Positions 27,426-38,977 of a stretch of 64,000 nt of DNA are shown piece after piece (the stretch's first letter is position 1; each line of letters starts with the position of its first letter). The stretch is from Mobula birostris. Lineage: Eukaryota. The stretch covers positions 27,769,821 through 27,833,820 of the forward strand of contig NC_092379.1 in the NCBI RefSeq assembly GCF_030028105.1. The letters run 5' to 3'. Under the pieces are notes generated by a model. It did no database searches. It saw only the letters and a program-made list of their open reading frames with translations, and was not told where the DNA came from. The position numbers were made by a program, and so were the translations under genes.

Positions 27426-28169
27426 TGGTTTGAAGTCCTCAAACCATAGACTTTAGAACGAAAAAAAAAGACCCAGTGGGTGGTTACTGGGTCTCACTTT
27501 TGCTGCTGTATTATTCTGACAATGGTCGTAACTTCCAATAGATCAGTCTCATGAGCACGGACCTCTGGTGCATGGGTTCTGCGAACACGATGAGGTCTAG
27601 TGATAATACTGCCTGCAGAGGGCACACATCTTCGAATTCTTCAAACCTGGGAGCACGTAAATGGAAGGTTAAAGAGCGTTCAACATATGTAACACCCTAG
27701 AGAAGGTTTCCCTGTTAACGTAATTGTCTTTCTGTCGAATTCCTGATAATGTAATGGTTTTCCTGTAGCATCAATGTTTGCGTTATGTATAGAGATAATG
27801 GGGGCTTTAGAATCTGCGCTGTCCAAGGAAGGGAGTGCTATTTCTCGTTGTGTGCCTGCAACCGAGATGATCTGGACTTTTGTTCGGCGGAAGATGGCGA
27901 GAGATGATGCCAGAACGCAGAGGTCAGAGACAACAGAGCAGTGTGCATCTAGATTCTGGTCTGAAGTCGGCAAAGCCCGGGCAAAGCAAAGGAGGACCAC
28001 CAGAAGGAAAACTTTGTGCCCCAGGTTGTGCACATTGAACTGTTTCATTAAAATAGGCTCTTCTCTTTTTTTCCTTTACTATGCTAACCATTGAGTCAAA
28101 TTAAGAATTATGAAGCTAAATCGTTTCATTACATATGGTATACTGTCTGTTATATCGTGGTATTGGTTT

Positions 28170-28499
28170 GTAACAGCGAAACTCGTTACGCAGCATCCAC
28201 ACAAACAAAAGGATTTGCACCTCCTTCTCATATGTTTGGTGGGGCCAGAGATTGACTTCCCTAGAATTTTGCAGCCCACAGAACCGGAGGGTTACAACTA
28301 TAAGAGACTACCGTACCTGCAACGAATTTAGATGCTTTGCCAGATTTCTATGTCCGAGGAAAGCACAAATTGATACATGTTCCATGCAACCAAAGTTTCA
28401 ACTCCATCAGGGCTGATTTGAACGCCTACAGCTCTGTATTCCGTCTGTCAAAATTCTTTCCACAGGGAAGAGTCGACGGGAAGCAAAAGCACAGGAATG
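28170..28499 (+). pseudogene. Decayed plus-strand TCR V relic with degenerate 23-RSS
   Basis: gcgaaactcgttacgcagcatcca (AKxVTQHP; family AKDSVTQEP), SFSYVWWGQRLTSLEF (family SYIFWYIQR..LKF) and TALYSVC, then CACAGGG (28461-28467), 23 nt, ACAGGAATG (28491-28499). Multiple frameshifts. Confidence 0.4.
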
Positions 28500-30429
28500 G
28501 AGTTCGAAAGACGTTGGAATAACAGCCTGATCCCTAGTATCTGAAGCGTTCACTTCAACAATAACAGGAAGCTAACGGTCAGAAAGAAAAAAATAAATAA
28601 ATAAACGGGAACTGCGGCTACATAAATCCAAAGAAAATAGTCGGAGATTCATTTAAACACTGCAGCAAATAGTGCTACGATGTGTTTGAAGTTGCGGATG
28701 AGTCTTTGAAGAATATTGGGAACCCAAGAAACCGCTAGACCTGATTGATCTTGGTGGCTTATGGCCAAGCCCGAAGACCTGCATCTATTTAGGTCCTATG
28801 CTTTGTACTTCTTTGAGATAATTACTCTTACAGTGAACGTCTGTAGAGACATGAAATTCATTTTTTCTCTAAATTGAGGAATAGTCGTTTTTGGAGTTAA
28901 TTGTGAAGAACCCTTCAAAAATTTGAACGTATTTGTGGTAGGTCTAACAGACAATCAGCGCATCAATGACGGGTTCCCCGGGAACAAAGGAAATTTAGCA
29001 AAATCAATAAGGTGATAATGAACGCTCCAGGAATTCGGTCCGATATATGCAGACAGAATCATATTCAGGCTCATTATCAACACCATATTAGTCTTTTACT
29101 GTTGTTGCTGTTGTTGTTGTTGTTGTTGTTGTGCAATACCATTTCAACCGCTGAAATAAAACCTATAACAAGACGTGCATCTGAATAACTAAGTAAGTAA
29201 CGCACACAGAGAGGGGGAAGTAGCGAACACGTGTTCAATGGTTCATTGTCGATTCAGCAATCTGATGCTGAAGAGGAATAAGTTGTTCCTCAAACGCTGG
29301 ATATGTCTTCAAGATCCGGTACCACCTACATTATGAAAGCACTGAAAATAAGGCACGCCCAGTGTGATAGATTATATTAAATTAAATTAGATTAGATTAG
29401 ATTAGACTAGACTAGACTAGATTTGAATAGATTAGATTATGGGGGACACGCAGAGCTCTTTTATTGTCATTTAGTAATGCATGCATTAAGAAATGATACA
29501 ATGTTTTTCCAGAAAGATGTCACAGAATACACACGACAAACAAAGACTGAAAAACTGTCAAAAAACACATAATTATAACATATAGTTACAGCAGTGCAAA
29601 ACAATATCGTAATTTGATAAGAACAGACCATGTTAAAATCTCAAAGTCCCTCGAAAGTCCCATTATTTCACGCAGACAGTAAACCTCCAGCGCCGCAAAC
29701 TTGCCTATGCAGCATCCCGGAAGCATCCGACCACAGTCCGACTCCGAGTCCGTACAAAAACTCCGAGCCTCCGACCAGCTCTCGAAAACCGATGAAATGA
29801 GCACTATCTCTGCAGGGAGCTCGGATCCCGGCCCCGACAACCGGCAACAGGCAAGGCCGAGGATTTGGGGCGTTCCCTCCGGAGATTTTCGATCGCACAG
29901 CAGCAGCGGCAGAGAAGAAGGCATTTCAGAAGTTTCTCCAGATGTTCCTCCGTGCTTCTTCGCGATTGTCTCTTTCAAATCAGGATTGTGCACGGCATTC
30001 TACTTCACAAATAGGATATCATTCGGAAAGGCCGGGCGCGCTGCGTCGCGCCGCCGTCTTCTCCATCCTCTTAAAGATCTCTTATCGCTTAAGAGATATT
30101 TTATCTTTTAAAGATATGAGTCTTTAATTATTAATGCCGCCATTTTGAATGTCTTGGATGCTGGAGGCTATCGCCCATGAGGAAGAAAACTGAGTTTACA
30201 ACATTCTGCACCTTTCTATCCCATCTTTTGCAGACCCCCTCCTCCCCCTCAAGACCAGACTGTGATGCGAGCAGTTAGAATGCCCCCAATTACATCCTTA
30301 CAGACAGGAACAGTGAGGAGGTAGATCAATCAGGGACAAAAGGATATAGAGACTTGCCCGTGACCGCTTGCAGTAATCGGGATTGAAGAAGTCGGAGATG
30401 CCTTGCTAATACGAAATTGCTTGCTACAT

Positions 30430-32850
30430 TCTCATCCACGGTGGCTGCAACGCACGAGGAGTAGACAAAGCGATCCCATAAGGCCATAACACATAAGAGC
30501 ATAATTAGGCAATTCAGCCTCTCCAGTCTGCTGCACCATTAAATCATGGCTGATCCGGGTTGATACTGAAACTTTGCGCCAAATCTTTTCATGCCCTGAC
30601 CGTTCAGTACAACCATCAACTTCCGCCTTACATATACCAACAGACGGTCACTACCGCAGTCTATGGTAGAACATTCCGCAAATTCACTACTTTGTCGCTC
30701 ATAAAGCTCCTGCTTAACTATGCTCTAAATACATGCTCCTTAACGTTAAGGGTGTGCCATCTAATTCTTGGTACCTACACTAGAGGAAGCGTCTTCTCCA
30801 CATTCTCTCTGTCCTATCATTTCTGTAGTTTGCAATGAGATCCCCCAGCATTCTTCATACTGTGCCAGAGCCGCCATATGTTCCACATACATTAATCCCT
30901 TCACTTCGGGAATCATTCTCGTGAATCTCCCCTGGGCTCTGTCTCCAATGACAACACATCCTTTCTGAAATATGTGGCACAATCCCTTTGACAGATTCCA
31001 AGTCCTCACTGAAAAATTTCTTATCAGGTTTCAGTGTTATCTCCTTGCTTTTATATTCTTCCCTTACAAGAAATGTCATAATCGTATTTGACTCCTTTAG
31101 CACAAATTTAACCTTTAAATGAACCTTCTTGTGGTCTTGAGCGGAGACTCTTAAGTCTCCCTGCACCTTCGATGTTTTTACCGTCTCCCCATTTAGATAA
31201 TAGTCCGTACTATGGTTCTTTTTACCAAAATGCATAGTTATATGCTTCCCAAAACCCTTTGCCACTTTTCGTCCGTTCTTCCAAATTGTCTAATTTCTGC
31301 TGCTAACGTTTTGCGTCCTCAGCACTACCTAATATCCATTTTCGTTTCATCCCAAAACTTTGCACAAAGTTATCAGTTCCATTTCCGAAGAAATTGAGCA
31401 ATAAAGTGAATAGGAGCTGTCCAAATAAACGATCCCTGAGAAACCGCACAAGTCACCGGCATCCAACCAGAAAATCTCCTTTATCCCATATGCGAACTTC
31501 TGCCTTTTAGCCATTCCTATATCCGTGCTGAATCTTTCCTGTAAGGTCAGGGGACTTCATCTTGTTATGAAAAATCATGTGTAGCAACTTATCCAAGTAA
31601 ATGACATCCACAGCCTCCACTTTGTCCACCCTGCTTATTGCTGCTCGAAAAACTCTAACAGGTTAGCCTGACAATATTTTCCTTCACAGAAACCTTTAAC
31701 GACTCTGACAATTTTTATCATAGGTTTCAAGATCCCCTAAATCTCATCCTTCATGATTGACTCCGACACATTCCAAACCTCTGACGTTAGCCTAAATGGC
31801 CTTTAGTCTCATTTATTTTGCCTCCCTCCCGTCTTGAAGATTGGAGTGACAGTTCCAATAATTTTAGGCCTCCGAGACAATGCCGGAGTCAAGTGGTTCT
31901 TGAAAGATCATGAACATTTTATCCGAAATCTATCCGCAAGATCTTTCAGGACTCTGGGATGTAGTCCGGCTCTGTGAATGCCATTGCTATTACAAAGGGA
32001 GAACAAGTTCAAGGCACTCTCAAAGGTATTAAGGTCGAACATCACTCTTCTAGGTGATTTATCCACCTTAATACCTTCAAGAGTGCCTCGACCATTTTTT
32101 TCCCCTTTGTTATTGCACTGGCACTTCCGCCTGCTCCCTGACGCTCACGGACATCCGGCACACTGCGAGTGTCTTACAGTGAATATAGACGGAAAAAAAA
32201 TAAGTTTATCTGCCATTTGTTTGCCTTCCATGACTACCTCACAAGCGTCATTTTCAATATCAACTATCATCTCCCTCATTTATATTATTGGTTAGTCTGC
32301 ACTGATATTTTATCTTTTTCTGATTGATTTTAGGTTACCATTTGTTGCATTTTACCAGGATCCCAATCATCTAACTACTTGCTCACGATTTCTACCTTAT
32401 ATGGCAGTTCTCGGCTTTGTATGCAGTCATTAACTTGTTTTGTTAGCCACATCTGCCTATATCTAGCATTTGAGATTTTTTTTTCTTCTGTTAGACATAC
32501 CCATCTCGAGTCTTGTGAACTATTTACAAAAACGTCATTTGTCATGTCCGCTGGGGTCCTTTCTGCAATCCACCTGTACAAGCTCCTTTCTCATGTCTCT
32601 GTAATTCCCATTATTCCATTGCGGTTTGAGATTTTGACGGAGGATTCTTCCTCTGAGATTACATTATGGATTCAATTATATTATGATCACAGACTCCTAA
32701 GCGTTCTTTTACTTTATGATCCCTAATAAGATCTGGATTATGGAAAGATACCTTATCTAAGATAGCTTTTCCTCGAGTAGGTTCAAGCAGAAGGTACTTA
32801 GCAGTTGTAGTAGACCTAGCAGAAATGGTGAAACATCTCAAAGAACATCC
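30430..32850 (-). mobile_element. Old degraded CR1 LINE
   Basis: Fragmentary ORFs (30855-31265 MHFGKKNHSTDYYLNGE; 32659-32841 EPTRGKAILD) match CR1 ORF2. Confidence 0.7.
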
Positions 32851-35739
32851 TTATCTAGCCCAGTTTTGATGCTTCCAAATATCCCAAGAGAGCGAGAACA
32901 GAAATGTCCCATTTAATTTAAGCCGGGGGTGTGCATGACCGTACAGAATCAAATGAGGCTGTAGGGACTCAGAGGCTTTAACCCCTATTGGATTAACTGC
33001 GTTGCTCTCTTGTCTTATCCTGGAGACGATTGTTAACCTGGACATGACTTTCGATAAGGGTTTGCAGATTATCTGCGAGCTCTTTCCGGGCAATTGATCT
33101 TTAATTTCAGTTGATATCGTCCGGATGTTTACGGCTTAAGGGCTTCCGCGTTCCAACCACGTTTACCCGCAGGGATGAGAATTATATTGTGATGAATACT
33201 CGAACCACGCGACGTTAGAAGAGTCTGTAGGCTGTCACTAGTCCGCGGAACGGGTGGTCCAACACCCTTTTCATCTGCATGGGTAAGGGTGACACGTTTT
33301 GCACACGTTGGAGAGTTTGCATCCAAGAGCGCCATAAGAGAGCAAGAGATTTGTCAGAGTTGTGAGATATGATATGGAACACTTTGCAGAGGTTGAAGGA
33401 CAGCGTGATTAGTTTCAGTTGTAAATCCAGTAAACACTGGATAAGAATTGGTCTACATGCCCCCGGGTTGAATTAATTCTTTCGAGCGCCGTCAGGTTCG
33501 GGCACTTATGGTAAGCATAGAGAGCTGATTCAAAGCAAGGGGGCAGCATATGCAGAGGGCTACTCACCTTAACTTCGTGGTTGGCCTATACTGCTTGATA
33601 ATACTCAAACTCTGCTGGGTCCATGAATGTGACAGTCTGGCTGTAACAAATGTGTCCGCATGGCTAGATAGAGCCGGGGTTAGTATGGTGAAGTTTAAGA
33701 TTTAAACAGTGGCCCACCAGAGGAGGTTTGGCCTAGGTAGATCCAAGTGCAGTGGAAACCATATTTGAGGTTCGAGTTGAAGAAACAACGTTCACTTTTG
33801 CACTAGTACATAGAGGCCACTGGCTAGTACTCGAGCGTCACTGAAGGACTGAATAGGTCCAAGCATGCCAAAGAGTGAGCAAATCAGAACAAACCAAAGG
33901 GAATTTCAATTTTAGAAAACAAAACTTGGCACAGGTGCACATCTAACTGAAACCACCAAAAGTGTAAATGATCACCTAACAATCAGAGGAAGAGGAGTGT
34001 CGGCGCCTTAAAAACGCTGGTGCGTCAGATAGTCATAATGATGCATATCTCTACCTTTCACTTCAAACTCGCTGTTACCTCCACAAGAGGATCCATAAAA
34101 ACGGACAAAGGCGATTTCCAATGAGGTAGTCATGAGGAAAACAATATTTGATTTTCCAGGAACTAAATTGTAAAGAAGTAATTTTTTCACCGAGGCAACC
34201 TGCTCATATTCTATACCTTCACAGTATGGCCCGGGTCAATTTTACCCGGCCCAGGAATCCCCTCATAATAAGTGTCTATAGTCTTCCTAACTACTCTTCC
34301 TAAACTGTCATAGACGATTTCCAGCAATGTTTTCTGCCGAGATAGCATTGTATGTACAACAACAACTACAGCTGTCCGTAAGTGCTGTGTGAACCTCCTG
34401 TTGGTATGTGGAGACTGAATTCAAATGCAATTTCTTATGCTGAGCATTGCGATGTTAAGGCACAACCAGTAAACACGTTGTTTTGCAGCCCAGCATCCTG
34501 TATTGTTGCTGCACTCAGCGTGTCCTATAATGACCGCTGCTTACATCACCTCGGCAAGTTTTTGCCCCGATTCTCTATCTCCATGCAAATATCCTGGCTC
34601 TATGGCACAATGATACAGAGCCGCGATTGAAAAGCTCGCAGAAACATTTAAAGAGAACCAACTTCCTGTCTTGCTGCAAAGCAATATTAAAACTCTGAGT
34701 ACAATATTGAGACTAGTACAGCCTTGTGTAATTCACATTAAACAAGTATTTTGCACTTTGCTCACGATGCTAAATATGGAAAACAAAATACCTTCTGTAC
34801 ATCGAATAATTAGAGTTGTACTTAATAGGCTCCGCTTCTTTAACAGTTCATTCAGTGTGTTATTCATTATAAATGAACACTAATCAGAACAGACTTTCTC
34901 TGAAATTCAGGGCCACTTTCTGGCTGGGTGCGTTTTGTCTGATATCCCATTCTCTCTTCTCACTCACACTACCTCTGTTTCATCCATTGTCTTTCTAGAA
35001 TTCAATAAAAATTCGCTCGACCTTTGCGATTTTTATTCCAAGTGTCGCCAAATGAAAAGCACTAATTGACCTCTGCTGGGGTGTGTGTGTGCGCGCGAGT
35101 GTGTGCGTGTGTGTGTGTGTGTGTCCCTCTGTGTGTGTTTGTGTGTGTGTGCGTGCGCGCGCGCATGTATGCATGTGTGTTTCTGCGTGTCCCTGTGTTC
35201 TTGTCTGCGTTCTTATCTGTCCCCTTATACTTGCGATTTCCGCAATGTTGTCAATCACTATATCTTTTTAGATCGCAGGGAAAAGGAGACATTTAGTCTC
35301 GGAAATGTTTGCGTGTGAAGATTCTGTTTTAACATATAAACATGCCTCAATATTGTTTTCAAGTTCTGGTAGTACTGTTTAAAACTAACACATTGGACAC
35401 TTTTTAGGATGTGCGTCACTGTGCTTAATATACGTCATCTCGTGCACGCTAAGTACAATACTAGAGGGAGGAACAAAGGCAACAGCTAAAAATTGGTCTC
35501 ACCCAAACCCCAAAGGCAGGAAATATTGCAAAGTGAATGAGCACTCTATTTCCCTCATACCCTATATATGACTATCGAGATACTGCTTTCCTACCCGCCA
35601 AAAACGACAGGATACAGGGGTGTTACTGGATTTCAAACGGTTTATCGAACCAAGCGACCATCACTGTCTCTTGTGCGTCTGCCTTCTGTCTCCCCATTAA
35701 GTACGCCCTCTATTGATTAACTGAACATCACTCTAGCGG

Positions 35740-35778
35740 GGTTTTTGTTCGGATCCGTCATCTCCATGCAACAGTGTG
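35740..35778 (-). promoter_or_regulatory. 23-RSS of the intact minus-strand V
   Basis: CACACTG (35778-35772), 23 nt, perfect nonamer ACAAAAACC (35748-35740). Confidence 0.92.
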
Positions 35779-36211
35779 GGGTCCATGGCGCAGAGGTACA
35801 CCGCGGAGTCCGAAACAAGACTTCCAGATAAAATTAACTGAGCCATCTGTTTGTCTTTCTGTAAAGTACCGGTAATACGAAATGGAGTTTCTTGCGACCG
35901 ATCCATTTTTGTGTTAATTAGCTTCAGCAAGAATTTTAGACCTCCATGTTGACGCTGAATGTACCAAAAAATATAACTATTGGCTTTTGAGTAACTACAG
36001 TTCAGTAATACTGTCTCTCCTTCTGCAACCGTGAATTCAGGAGGCTCCTGTGTAACTGAATCTTTTGCAATAGTTCCTGCAATAAAAAAAATGAATATAC
36101 CTTTGTTGAACTTAAACCCAAATAACACGCTGAATGATTACGCAGAAACTCACCTGGCAATATGGTCAAACTAAACAGAAGGGAACAGGTAACACATATG
36201 GTGTGCATCAT
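35779..36211 (-). CDS. TRAV/DV: TCR alpha/delta-type V gene segment, apparently functional (leader 36211-36154, V exon 36076-35779)
   Basis: Leader MMHTICVTCSLLFSLTILP-G|gtgagt and acceptor ttgcAG. Open exon GTIAKDSVTQEPPEFTVAEGETVLLNCSYSKANSYIFWYIQRQ...QLILSGSLVSDSAVYLCAMD, followed by a 23-RSS. Confidence 0.93.
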
Positions 36212-36329
36212 CAAGCTGAATTACATTCAATCAAACAGTTCGCCTTCAATATGCTGGTAACACTTGACCGACATTGAAGTGTCGATCCAATACTTATGCC
36301 TTCCGCTCTGTTGAAGAGCTGAGGGCGTT

Positions 36330-36362
36330 ACCTTGATTGCACCAATCGGAATGGGTTTCGAA
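36330..36362 (-). promoter_or_regulatory. Conserved V-promoter block containing CCAAT (paralogue at about 46530-46560)
   Basis: tgcaccaatcggaatgggtttcga versus tgtaccaattggaatgcttttcga upstream of the 36.2 kb and 46.4 kb leaders. The ATG-proximal 45 nt are also conserved among three leaders. Function is inferred. Confidence 0.4.
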
Positions 36363-36670
36363 CTCACACGTATATATGTCTTTCTCAGTCTCTTCTGTTC
36401 CATTCTCTCTCTATCTCTCTCTCTCTCTCTCTCTTTCTCAAGCAATCTAATTCGTTCGTTTTCTATTGATGACTACGTAGATACAGCGGGCGGACGCGGC
36501 ATAAGCACCAGAGCACATGACTATTACTGACTTTCTTACGTTTTATCGGACGAAGCGCTCATCGCTGTTTCTTGTGCGCGGGCATTCTGTTTTCACGCTA
36601 AATACTGCGTCTGTTGAGTATTGACAACATCACTTAGGCGAGGATTCTGACCGGACCGGTCACCTCCGTG

Positions 36671-37095
36671 AGCTTCATGGCACAGATATACATGGCGGAA
36701 TCCGAAGCAAGAACTCCCGAGATATTTAAATGAGCGACCTGGCTGTCTTCCCGTAAGAAATCAGAAAACCGAAACGGAGTTTCTGACGACCGATCCATCC
36801 TCGTGTTAATTAGCTTCAGCATGAATTGTGGACTTCCATATTGACGCTGAATGTACCAAAAAATTTAACTATTAGCTATTGAGTAACTACAGTTCGGCAT
36901 TACGGTCTGTCCTTCTTCAGTCGTTAATTCAAGAGGATCCTGCGAAACTGAATCTTCTTAATCGTTCCTGAAATGCATAAAAATATGTGAACAGACCGTT
37001 CTTGAATTCAACTCAATTCAACCCACTGAGAAGTTTCGTAGAAACTCACCTGGTAGCAAGGCCCGTAGGATCAGAGGGAACCAGACAGCACACAT
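36671..37095 (-). pseudogene. TCR V pseudogene (leader 37095-37050, exon 36967-36671)
   Basis: Close paralogue of the 36 kb V. It has a 1-nt deletion near the exon start, an in-frame TAA at 36867-36865, leader ATG-ATG changed to ATA-ATA, and a deleted heptamer. Confidence 0.9.
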
Positions 37096-37299
37096 GGTGT
37101 CTATTATCTGGCTGAATTATATTCCATCATGCAGTTCACCTTCAGTAAGTTATTAACACTTTATATATTGAGTGGGGTGCAATGTGCGTCGCCTTCCGGT
37201 TTGTGAAACAGATGAGGGCGTTTCAGTGCCTGCAGCAATCAGAATACCTTTCGTTCAGTTTAATAAATATTTATTTTTAGATCTCCTTCTATTCTTCTA

Positions 37300-37448
37300 N
37301 NNNNNNNNNNNNNNNNNNNNNNNNNNNNNNNNNNNNNNNNNNNNNNNNNNNNNNNNNNNNNNNNNNNNNNNNNNNNNNNNNNNNNNNNNNNNNNNNNNNN
37401 NNNNNNNNNNNNNNNNNNNNNNNNNNNNNNNNNNNNNNNNNNNNNNNN
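37300..37448. other. Assembly gap
   Basis: Run of N. Confidence 1.
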
Positions 37449-37835
37449 GAAAATTTGTCATTCATGAAATAAATGAATGAAGATGCTATTTCCGAGGTCT
37501 GCTTCAATCAAAATTCGGCTCATTGGGAAACAAAATGGAACAGATGCTTGTTTAATTTCTTTCCTGCTTCTTTACCCCGTCTCTCTCCTTTCTCTCTGTC
37601 CATTCTCGTATTTCACAAATGCCTTCCGACACCCATTCACTTATATCACAAAGGTCAAATTGCATTTATTATCAAAACATGCATACTAGAGACGAACTTA
37701 ATCTTCGTTTCCTCACATAACCAAAAGCATAGGAACACGATAGCATACATTGAAAAAAGGCTGTCATTACTGCAGCCGAATCAACAACTCATTAGTTTCA
37801 AGCCACAGCCTCAATTCATCCCAGGGGCGAGAAAA

Positions 37836-37917
37836 CCTCGCTGAGAATCGAACTAAGCGCTGAGCCGACCCTTACAACCGGCGTCGAGACCGTGATCTTA
37901 CTAACCAGACACGGAGC
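37836..37917 (-). repeat. Possible tRNA-derived relic or SINE head
   Basis: The reverse complement has a B-box-like AGTTCGATTCT and a 5' part loosely resembling tRNA-Glu/Asp. I could not build a convincing cloverleaf. Confidence 0.25.
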
Positions 37918-38977
37918 TTAAGTCTTCCCAGTATCTCGTCGTTTTTCGCTCTCGAAGCCGAGCCCTGACGCTTCGATGCTCTTTCGGTTTTGTGTTCCGG
38001 TTTCACGATTCTGCGCTTTCACGCTGCGCAGCAACCGCCCTGCCCGTTCGAGGCCAGTTCACCCGGCAATTGTGCCGGATTTTAGAGTGATTTTAAAGCT
38101 CAGCTCGAAAAGGAGGTTACATGTTACTGATTACAGTGTTTGTATCCTACAAAACGTGTGATTAAAACAGTAGTTTATATTTTTGGTGTTTTGACTGCTA
38201 ACAAGAGTAGTGGAACTTCACCTGCGCTAGCATAATTCGGAAGTCCGGTCGATATCACCAATGTATCGTCCTCTTAACCTTCGAAACTGATGAACACGAT
38301 ATTGTTCACTGTGATATTACACACGGTCTGCTTATTTATATCTTCAAAGCGGCTTATTTGAGATAACGTCATTGAAATTTGCCATACCTGTCATGCTATT
38401 TATTACCAATACGGAAGTCCATCAAATATGAAAGTTAAAATACATCATTCACTTGGTCATCCCTTGCAGATTTGTGTCGGTGAACCAATAATCTAATCGT
38501 CCCAATTTATTACATTTAGCTACAAATGCAGATACGATTCGAACTAAAGACAACTTCCACATGCTTCTCCATGTATCGTTCTACAGATTCTGAGCTTGAA
38601 CTGTATTCCGTGATTATCGCTGTTTCCCATGTGTTTCTTTTGTTGTATTGGTATGGGAACTCTCTACCTGGCAATCATTAGGACACCGATAGTGGGTTGT
38701 CGTCGGGATCTGCAATTTCCTTGCAACAGTCTGGGTTCCATGCTTCAGAGGTACACAGTAAAGTCAGGGGAAAAATAGAAGTTGACATGTTTAAATGAGA
38801 TGTGTAGTCTTTTTTTTTTCTTAATTGAGCCGTATACCTCCAATGACATATTAAAGTCGGCGTCATCATTCTGGAGAGATTTGTTCAACATATAGAGATT
38901 TCTCCTGGTGCTGAACATACCAATCACAGATACAGCATAATGATGATCTGCCAACCATTAACAATTAATTCTATAGG

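Noticed and set aside
27680-28048. 122-aa ORF with a signal-peptide-like start (KVFLLVVLLCFARALPT)
   Set aside because: No recognisable domain, splice structure or paralogue; probably a chance ORF.
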